Made by a program: the position numbers and the translations under genes. Source: Coxiellaceae bacterium (lineage in GTDB: Bacteria > Pseudomonadota > Gammaproteobacteria > Coxiellales > Coxiellaceae). Taken from it: a stretch of DNA of 24,000 nt. The stretch spans positions 1 to 24,000 of the forward strand of contig JAUXWQ010000018.1 of assembly GCA_030680235.1 (NCBI GenBank), given 5' to 3'. The number at the start of each line of letters is the position of its first letter. Position 1 is the first letter of the stretch. Of this stretch, positions 1-5,762 are shown piece by piece. Below the pieces are notes generated by a model. The model saw only the letters and a program-made list of their open reading frames with translations. It made no database searches and was not told the origin of the DNA.

Positions 1-40
1 CCTTTGCCAAATCGATACCTAATACTTTAATATTGCTCAT
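1..40 (-). CDS. IS110-family (DEDD-type) transposase, first 13 codons only; gene continues off the left edge
   Basis: Reverse complement of 1-40 reads MSNIKVLGIDLAK. A GIDLAK motif a few residues after the Met is the typical N-terminus of IS110/IS1111 transposases. GGAGGGG Shine-Dalgarno lies at 45-51 (minus strand), 4 nt before the ATG at 40-38. Confidence 0.45.
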   Translation of the reverse strand, partial: MSNIKVLGIDLAK

Positions 41-122
41 TGGACCCCTCCATTGAATTTGAATGACTGATACAACTTTCATTCTGGCTCTTTTAGAAGC
101 CTTTAGTAAGTGGCGGGGTCCA
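41..122 (-). promoter_or_regulatory. Inverted repeat upstream of the IS110-type gene; the stem includes its ribosome-binding site
   Basis: TGGACCCCTCCA (41-52) and TGGCGGGGTCCA (111-122) are reverse complements at 11 of 12 positions, separated by a 58-nt loop. In the minus-strand transcript the upstream arm would pair with the GGAGGGG SD. Confidence 0.4.
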
Positions 123-201
123 TACAATCAATGGCTGTGATTCCTGCTTATTGTCATTATTACTTTGCCTCAGATTAAAAATCTAGTAATCTTATTGCCT
201 T

Positions 202-275
202 CGGGGCATAGCGCAGCCTGGTAGCGCACTTGCATGGGGTGCAAGGGGTCGGAGGTTCAAATCCTCCTGTCCCGA
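202..275 (+). tRNA. tRNA-Pro (anticodon GGG)
   Basis: Cloverleaf read by eye. Acceptor CGGGGCA/TGTCCCG (one G-T), D arm GCGC-AGCCTGGTA-GCGC. Anticodon stem CTTGC/GCAAG with loop ATGGGGT (GGG at 236-238). T arm GGAGG-TTCAAAT-CCTCC, discriminator A275, no encoded CCA. Layout matches enterobacterial proL-type tRNA. Confidence 0.95.
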
Positions 276-370
276 TAAAAAATGATCAAAGTCAGTGCAA
301 AACCCTGACAATCCATCAAAATAAGTCGTTAAAAAACAATAACATACCGAAATACTTCTGAATCTCCTTA

Positions 371-442
371 TTTTCACTCGTTTTCACTTTTGCACATAGT
401 TTTGCACTGCGCTATACTGAATCTGCACCCTATATGCACCCT
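371..442 (+). repeat. Short direct repeats between tRNA-Pro and int (candidate arm-type/regulatory sites)
   Basis: TTTTCACT at 371-378 and 381-388 (10-bp phase). TTTTGCAC at 388-395 and 400-407. TGCACCCT at 424-431 and 435-442 (11-bp phase). All are in the same orientation. Confidence 0.5.
390..418 (+). promoter_or_regulatory. Candidate sigma70 promoter for the integrase gene
   Basis: TTGCAC (390-395), 17-nt spacer, TATACT (413-418), 36 nt upstream of the int ATG. Embedded in the direct repeats above. Confidence 0.4.
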
Positions 443-453
443 GAGAAAAGCAG

Positions 454-1824
454 ATGACAGACAAAAAAGAATCTCCAACCGCGTTAACGACAACGATCGT
501 AGAAAAGCTTCAGCCACGTGATAAAGCGTATGATGTTCGCGATACCCGTTTAATCGGATTTTATGTCCGGGTTGAAGTGAGTGGCACTAAAACATTTCGT
601 TGCATTTACCGCCGAGGTAAGCACTATACGATTGGAAGAGCGGATAAGTTAAAAGTGAATGAAGCGCGTGAAATGGCTCGTGAGGTAATGGGTCAAGCGG
701 CGAGGGGCATCGATCCCAATGAAAAGAAAAAACAGGAATCGTTGGCAACTCATGCTAAAGATAATCAATATACCTTTTCCCGATTTCTAAATGAAAAATA
801 TGAGTTGTGGTACAGAGCAGCTTATCCAAAGACTGCACATGCAACCATCCACATGTTAAAAGAAAATTTTGAACCCATGTTCGGCCGACAGCTGTTGTCT
901 GACATTACCTTGGAAAAAGTGGAAAACTGGCGAAGCAAGCAGCAAGTAGACCGCCGGCGAGTACGGGTACAAAAAAATTCTCACGGTGAAAAAATCAAAG
1001 CTGAGGTAGCTATCAAACCCGCAACACTGAACCGTTACATTGAGCGGTTATCAGCTTTTTTGAGTAAGGCAGTGGAATATGGTTGCTTGGCAAAAAATCC
1101 TATCTTGGGCATCAAAAAATTAAAAGTATCTCAGGCCAATCGTATTCGATTTTTAGCTGAAGAGGAGTATGTGCGGCTGGTACAGGCGTTGGATCAGCGT
1201 GAACGAGAAATTATTGAAAATCGTAAAAATGGAAATGCTTGGCGCAAAGAACGACATCGCGCATTGCTACCTAATCTTTCAAAACAGTTCTTTGCAGATT
1301 ACTTGAAACCAATGGTTTTGATAGCGCTAGGCAGCGGTGTTCGTTTTGGTTCATTGGTGCGGTTGCAGTGGGATAAGCATGTTGATATGCAATCCAAAGA
1401 TTCTATTACGTTAAAATTAACGCCGGATATTGTAAAAACAGAAAATGGATACGAAGTACCGCTAGATGGAAGCACCTCTAAAGTAGTTTATGCGTGGTAT
1501 CAGCAAACCAGTGCGAGACATCACGGTAAAGGATGGGTATTTCCAGGTAAAAAACCAGAACACCACATTACAACTGTTAAAAAAAGTTGGAAGACATTAT
1601 TAGAAACAGCAAATATCGAAGATTTTCATTGGCATGATATTCGCCATGATTATGCTTCTCAGCATGTGATGAGCGGTACTGATTTATATACGGTGATGGA
1701 ATTGTTGGGTCATACTGACCCCAAAATGACAAAGAAATATGCGCATCTTGCATCGGAGCATAAAAAGGCGGCTGCTAAGCAATTGGATGAGCGGCGTCAA
1801 CGGATTTTAAAGGAAAAATCGTAA
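454..1824 (+). CDS. int: Tyrosine recombinase, P4-type island integrase
   Basis: 456-aa ORF. N-terminal arm-binding (DUF4102-like) segment LQPRDKAYDVRDTRLIGFYVRVEVSGTKTFRCIYR. C-terminal catalytic signature HWHDIRHDYASQ...LLGHTDPKMTKKYAHL. Position next to a tRNA gene. Confidence 0.9.
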   Translation: MTDKKESPTALTTTIVEKLQPRDKAYDVRDTRLIGFYVRVEVSGTKTFRCIYRRGKHYTIGRADKLKVNEAREMAREVMGQAARGIDPNEKKKQESLATHAKDNQYTFSRFLNEKYELWYRAAYPKTAHATIHMLKENFEPMFGRQLLSDITLEKVENWRSKQQVDRRRVRVQKNSHGEKIKAEVAIKPATLNRYIERLSAFLSKAVEYGCLAKNPILGIKKLKVSQANRIRFLAEEEYVRLVQALDQREREIIENRKNGNAWRKERHRALLPNLSKQFFADYLKPMVLIALGSGVRFGSLVRLQWDKHVDMQSKDSITLKLTPDIVKTENGYEVPLDGSTSKVVYAWYQQTSARHHGKGWVFPGKKPEHHITTVKKSWKTLLETANIEDFHWHDIRHDYASQHVMSGTDLYTVMELLGHTDPKMTKKYAHLASEHKKAAAKQLDERRQRILKEKS

Positions 1825-1875
1825 GCAATGGTGAGTTTGTTTAGAATCACTACCCCTGACAAATTTTAACAATAA

Positions 1876-1906
1876 AACCCATTTTACATTATTGGGTTGT
1901 TTTCTT
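1876..1906 (+). terminator. Possible intrinsic terminator after int
   Basis: AACCCA (1876-1881) pairs with TGGGTT (1893-1898), 11-nt loop, followed by GTTTTCTT. Confidence 0.4.
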
Positions 1907-1918
1907 AAAATTTGAGTT

Positions 1919-1969
1919 GTTACTTTATTTCATTAAATGTTTGCAATTAATGAAATAAAGTAACATACT
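1919..1969 (+). promoter_or_regulatory. Perfect 18-bp inverted repeat (candidate AbiEi operator) overlapping a candidate abiE promoter
   Basis: GTTACTTTATTTCATTAA (1919-1936) and TTAATGAAATAAAGTAAC (1947-1964) are exact reverse complements with a 10-bp spacer. TTGCAA (1941-1946), 17 nt, CATACT (1964-1969) would place the transcription start at about the abiEi ATG (1976). Confidence 0.6.
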
Positions 1970-1975
1970 CATATA

Positions 1976-2578
1976 ATGAGCCAAACACAAATACAGCGCG
2001 TCCTTAAACTCTTTCACAAGACAACAACGATACGCGCCTCTGATTTGAAAGAACAAGGCATCCCACGTAGTGTTCTCGCACGCATGGTTTCTAGTGGGTT
2101 GTTGGAAAAAGTGTCGCATGGGCTTTACCGGATAACGAATACTCAGATGTCTGAAAAAGAGGAAATGGTGAACATCGCATTGCGTGTGCCACAAGCCGTT
2201 TTTTGTCTTTTCACAGCACTCCAGTTTCATGAGCTAACAACACAATTGCCGCGAGAGATTTGGATTGCGATGCCGCAAGGATGTCATAAACCACAAATTG
2301 ACTACCCGCCCATCCAAATAATTCGACCGACAAAAAAAATATATGGCGAGGGTATTGATATTGTCATTGTGGATCAGGTGCCAATTAAAATATATAACCC
2401 CGCAAAAACAGTCGTCGATTGTTTTAAATATAGAAATAAAATTGGCATGGATGTGGCGCTTGAGGCATTAAAAGATGCACTTCATCAAAAAAAAGTCACC
2501 AGTGACGAATTGTATTATTTTGCAAAAATAGAACGGGTTCAAAAAATTATTTTACCTTACATGGAAGCAATCCTATGA
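1976..2578 (+). CDS. abiEi: AbiEi-family antitoxin / transcriptional regulator (type IV TA)
   Basis: 200 aa. N-terminal AbiEi-type winged-helix segment IRASDLKEQGIPRSVLARMVSSGLLEKVSHGLYRI. ATGA start/stop overlap with the downstream nucleotidyltransferase gene. Confidence 0.8.
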   Translation: MSQTQIQRVLKLFHKTTTIRASDLKEQGIPRSVLARMVSSGLLEKVSHGLYRITNTQMSEKEEMVNIALRVPQAVFCLFTALQFHELTTQLPREIWIAMPQGCHKPQIDYPPIQIIRPTKKIYGEGIDIVIVDQVPIKIYNPAKTVVDCFKYRNKIGMDVALEALKDALHQKKVTSDELYYFAKIERVQKIILPYMEAIL

Positions 2579-3435
2579 CAAAAACAAACATGGCAGAGTC
2601 CGTACGAGCACGGTTACTCAATATTACTCGCAACTCAAAACAATCTGGTTTTGAAAATATTTTACTGCGTTTTATGTTAGAGCGAACTTTATATCGCATT
2701 GGACAATCTCGTTATCAAAAACAGTTTTTATTGAAAGGCGCCATGCTATTTGCTTTGTGGTATGACATGCCTCATCGTCAAACACGCGATATAGATTTAT
2801 TGGCATTTGGCGATAACGATCTTTTGGCTGTGAAGAAAATATTTCAAGAAATAGCGAAGATTCCGTTTGATGATGGCATTGTTTTTGATATTGAGCATAT
2901 TACTGTTGAGCGTATTTTAGAAGAAACAGCATATATCGGTGTAAAGGTTACAATTCCAGCGGAACTTGCTAAAGCAATTGGCAAAATACAAATAGACGTT
3001 GGTTTTGGTGATGCAGTGACACCTGGCCCGGTTGATTCGCAATATCCGGTGTTAATAAAAGAATTTCCTTCGCCACAATTGCAAACTTATCCTGTATATA
3101 CCGTTGTTGCTGAAAAATTACATGCAATCGCTTTTCATGGTGCTGCGAATAGTCGTGTAAAAGATTATCTGGATTTGTTTGTTATTTTTGAACGTGAGCA
3201 ACTTGATCCAAGGTTATTACAAAAAGCAATTACAGCAACATTTGCAAGGCGGGGCAGTGTGATATCAAAAACACCATTGATTGGTCTAACAGATGATTTT
3301 GCAAATAATCCATTAAAACAAACCATGTGGTCTGCATTTTTAAGAAAAAATAAATTGTCAGATAAATCATTTCCTGCTGTTGTCAAAACGTTGCGGGGAA
3401 AATTACAGCCAATTTTGGATGTTGCTATCGTATGA
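2575..3435 (+). CDS. abiEii: AbiEii/AbiGii-family nucleotidyltransferase toxin (DUF1814)
   Basis: 286 aa. N-terminus SVRARLLNITRNSKQSGFENILLRFMLERTLYRI...FLLKGAMLF...RQTRDIDLL matches the family pattern (rL.n.a...g..f..ll..y..ErfLyRl, LKGG, T.DiD). Translationally coupled to abiEi. Confidence 0.85.
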   Translation: MTKTNMAESVRARLLNITRNSKQSGFENILLRFMLERTLYRIGQSRYQKQFLLKGAMLFALWYDMPHRQTRDIDLLAFGDNDLLAVKKIFQEIAKIPFDDGIVFDIEHITVERILEETAYIGVKVTIPAELAKAIGKIQIDVGFGDAVTPGPVDSQYPVLIKEFPSPQLQTYPVYTVVAEKLHAIAFHGAANSRVKDYLDLFVIFEREQLDPRLLQKAITATFARRGSVISKTPLIGLTDDFANNPLKQTMWSAFLRKNKLSDKSFPAVVKTLRGKLQPILDVAIV

Positions 3436-3477
3436 AAAAAAATACAATGAATTAAAAATTATTCTCAGAAAAATATC

Positions 3478-3576
3478 ATGATTCGCTGCCCTGTTTTTCA
3501 ATTTAAAATAACACTAAAAGAAATTGAACCTGTGATATGGAGGCGCATACAAATTTCAATTGCTAGAGATAGCTGA
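3478..3576 (+). pseudogene. N-terminal fragment of a pRiA4b-ORF3-like (PF07929-type) protein
   Basis: 32-codon ORF MIRCPVFQFKITLKEIEPVIWRRIQISIARDS*. The segment FQFKITLKEIEPVIWRRIQI resembles the family's conserved start (YQLKVTLKGIKPPIWRRI.VP, from memory). The ORF stops after 32 codons, whereas family members are longer. Confidence 0.45.
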
Positions 3577-3734
3577 TTTATGAGCACCCGTACCCACCCG
3601 GCATAAAAATTACAATAAAACAGCTAAAAATTGAAGAATTCAAATAATTTTTTCAAAATTAAATAGTTGAATATGTTGTCTTTAAAGAATTGTGTGTTTA
3701 GTAATATTAAATGAAATAATTGGGAGGTGTATCA

Positions 3735-4550
3735 ATGAAAGAAATGAATGATAATCCCTCAATCGAATCGAGTGATAATGATTTTCAAAAGGTAAGTAGA
3801 GCGATTCTCAATATAACTGCTGGTGCTATACCTCTTGTCGGTGGTGTTTTAGCTTCTATTTCTGCTGCATGGTCTGAGCATGATCAAGATAGGGTCAATG
3901 ACTTTTTGAGATACCGTCAAAACCTGCTAGAAAAAGAGATAAAGGACCAGTTACAAACCATTAATGAAATCATGCAAAGATTAGAAAAAATCCATGGTGA
4001 CGTCTCGAAAAGAATAAAAAGTTCTGAATTTCAATCATTGGTTGAGAAAAGTTTTCGCAATTGGTCGGATATTAATACTCAAGAAAAAAGAGAGTATATA
4101 AGAAATATACTTTTAAATGCTGCTTCCACAAATATTTCGTCGGATGAAGTAATCAGGCTTTTTATAGAATGGCTTTATCGATATTCCGATTTACATTTTC
4201 AAGTTATTGTCTGTATATATCGGCATCCTGATGGTATTAGTCGTGGTGAAGTGTGGCGAATGATTGGAAAACAGGTTGTCAGAGAGGATTCTGCGGAAGC
4301 TGATCTTTATAAATTATTAATTCGAGATTTAAGTACTGGAGGTATCATAAGACAATATCGTCGAACAAATTCTCAGGGTGGTTTTATTAAACCGAGTGCA
4401 GCGAAATTATCACAACATGCATTTGAGCCAGCATTTGACTCCTCTAAACCATATGTTCTTACTGATCTTGGCCAGCAATTTGTTCATTATGCTATGAGTG
4501 ATGTATCAATGAAATTAGAGCAACAAACAACAAATAGATCTGAGGTTTAA
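3735..4550 (+). CDS. Hypothetical protein, 271 aa: hydrophobic Gly/Ala-rich N-terminal segment, coiled coil, possible C-terminal winged helix; possible distant Abi_alpha (DUF4393)-like
   Basis: GGGAGG SD at 3722-3727 with ATG at 3735; the track's TTG at 3720 overlaps this SD. AILNITAGAIPLVGGVLASISAAW, then heptad-like RQNLLEKEIKDQLQTINEIMQRLEKI, then YIRNILLNAAS and RHPDGISRGEVWRMIG. No family recognised with confidence. Confidence 0.6.
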   Translation: MKEMNDNPSIESSDNDFQKVSRAILNITAGAIPLVGGVLASISAAWSEHDQDRVNDFLRYRQNLLEKEIKDQLQTINEIMQRLEKIHGDVSKRIKSSEFQSLVEKSFRNWSDINTQEKREYIRNILLNAASTNISSDEVIRLFIEWLYRYSDLHFQVIVCIYRHPDGISRGEVWRMIGKQVVREDSAEADLYKLLIRDLSTGGIIRQYRRTNSQGGFIKPSAAKLSQHAFEPAFDSSKPYVLTDLGQQFVHYAMSDVSMKLEQQTTNRSEV

Positions 4551-4683
4551 TGGTCGGACATTTATAATCAAGGTTAGTTCCTATTTTTGCATCAAAATTT
4601 TTATATTTCTTTTGAGTAGTTATATTATTTTTTACCCCTGTCTCTGTATCAAGCAAGCCTTCAGGCGCAGCTTGAGACAGTGA

Positions 4684-4710
4684 CAGGGGATGCAAGCCCC
4701 TGTTTTATTT
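4684..4710 (+). terminator. Intrinsic terminator candidate downstream of the 271-aa gene
   Basis: CAGGGG (4684-4689), 7-nt loop ATGCAAG, CCCCTG (4697-4702), then TTTTATTT. Confidence 0.5.
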
Positions 4711-4750
4711 AGGTAAGTTATCAGGTTTTTAAGTGACGATAAAGTGACGG

Positions 4751-4793
4751 CGGCTTTTTTAGACAATAACATCGTTATTTTCTAAAAAAGCCG
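4751..4793. repeat. Long near-perfect hairpin/cruciform
   Basis: CGGCTTTTTTAGA (4751-4763) pairs perfectly with TCTAAAAAAGCCG (4781-4793). An inner AATAAC (4765-4770)/GTTATT (4774-4779) stem closes on a 3-nt loop, giving 19 paired positions with one C/T mismatch. There is no T-run after it on either strand, so it is not a typical terminator. Confidence 0.7.
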
Positions 4794-5181
4794 TTGCAAC
4801 AACAATAGTAGCGGTTCACGTAGTTCAAATAGCATCGCGTGCCATTTAAGCGATGTAAGGCGCAAGCCTTTGGCGTTAAGTTTTCAACTAAAAAAATCTA
4901 ATTAGCCAATTCGGCTTATTCAACAATCAATTAATCAATTTTTTCATTCATATTATTTTAGACAATAGTTGTAGTTCAGGCTGTAATTCATTCTTTTTGT
5001 TAAGTGATAAAAACTTAATTCTTAGTCAGTTAAAGGTATTTTATATTTAGTTAAGTTATTAAAAATATTATTTGGTAATTTTTTACTTCAGCATTTTAGT
5101 ATCCAGGTATTATATTTTTTTTATAAAAAATAGATCATTAGTGTTTAGTTCATTTATCGTTTTTAATTTTATTAATTATAT

Positions 5182-5204
5182 AGGAGGTAATTTTTATGCG
5201 TTAA
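5182..5204 (+). other. Consensus SD followed by a 2-codon mini-ORF (ATG CGT TAA)
   Basis: AGGAGG at 5182-5187, 8-nt spacer, ATG 5196-5198, CGT, TAA 5202-5204. The stop overlaps one of the repeat units, 69 nt upstream of the 76-aa ORF. Confidence 0.3.
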
Positions 5205-5272
5205 GTATTCAGGTTTAAATGTAAAAGTTCAATTTTTATCGGTTAATTTGTAAATTTATATGGGAAGTTATT

Positions 5273-5503
5273 ATGAGTCAAATAAATACAGAAAAAAATA
5301 AATCAGTTATTGATAGTTCAGTATTAGATGGTCAAGAAAAGCATTTTATTGAAAATGAGTTATTTGAAAAGCTGTTAGCAGTACGTGAAGAAATTTATTT
5401 AAAAACAGAAATTAATGTATCACCTCGTAAATTAGTCAATATGCTATTAAAAAAATCTGATTTTGAAGCGTTACGTGATCAATTAATTCAGCAATATTCT
5501 TAA
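5273..5503 (+). CDS. Hypothetical small protein (76 aa), acidic/helical
   Basis: ORF with GGGAAG 7 nt upstream of the ATG. No recognisable motif. Sits between the repeat block and the hairpin cluster upstream of the second recombinase. Confidence 0.45.
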   Translation: MSQINTEKNKSVIDSSVLDGQEKHFIENELFEKLLAVREEIYLKTEINVSPRKLVNMLLKKSDFEALRDQLIQQYS

Positions 5504-5567
5504 AGTTCTACATTATTAGTAAAGTCAAATTTTAAGGTATAGACAATATTTATTGTGTCAAAAAAAG

Positions 5568-5667
5568 TAGCGTTGGAACCGTAGGTCCCAACGCTAACGG
5601 CGAGCATTCGCCATTGTCGTATGCAGTGTTTTCACTGCTAATTTCGCACTTTTGCAGCGCAAGCTGC
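5568..5667 (+). other. Cluster of four short GC-rich hairpins (candidate oriT/ssi/recombination site or small RNA)
   Basis: TAGCGTTGG (5568-5576)/CCAACGCTA (5588-5596). GGCGA-GCAT-TCGCC (5599-5612). GCAGTG-TTTT-CACTGC (5623-5638). GCAGC-GCAA-GCTGC (5654-5667). Confidence 0.5.
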
Positions 5668-5762
5668 CGCCATCAATAGATGGTCTGTGTGCGAACACTC
5701 AACGAGTTTTAGAAAGCGACGCGACACAAGATTTATTAAATAATACACAGAGGAAAATTGAT

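Larger units (their letters stand above)
4713..5216 (+). repeat. Iteron-like same-orientation repeats in a gene-free block
   Basis: About 16-bp units centred on CAGG: GTAAGTTATCAGGTTT 4713-4728, GTAGTTCAGGCTGTAA 4971-4986, TTAGTATCCAGGTATT 5096-5111, TTAAGTATTCAGGTTT 5201-5216. GTTAAGT at 4875, 4999, 5050, 5200. TAGACAATA at 4760, 4959 (and 5540). AAGTGACG at 4731 and 4742. Confidence 0.55.

Noticed and set aside
192..377. 61-aa minus-strand ORF
   Set aside because: It is antisense to and fully overlaps tRNA-Pro, has no SD, and is an artefact of ORF calling.
1972..1977. Perfect TATAAT hexamer as the abiE -10
   Set aside because: It overlaps the abiEi start codon (ATG 1976-1978), so it cannot serve that start. 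The TTGCAA-17-CATACT arrangement upstream fits better.
1925..2230. 101-aa minus-strand ORF
   Set aside because: It is antisense to abiEi and runs through the operator palindrome. The plus-strand gene has clear family motifs.
3583..3612. Possible degenerate attR (CCCGGCATAAAAAT versus tRNA end CCCGATAAAAAAT)
   Set aside because: Only about 12 matching bases with a 2-nt indel, no similarity to the T-arm portion, and easily chance in AT-rich DNA.
4551..5272. CRISPR array or type III toxin-antitoxin RNA repeats
   Set aside because: The repeats are about 7-16 bp, degenerate and irregularly spaced (about 100-250 bp). There is no constant repeat/spacer periodicity, no cas genes and no adjacent toxin ORF.
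5652..5762. N-terminal 37 codons of the 330-aa track ORF (TTG start)
   Set aside because: The TTG lies inside a GC hairpin with no SD. ATG 5763 has a GAGG SD, and the family-like sequence begins after it.
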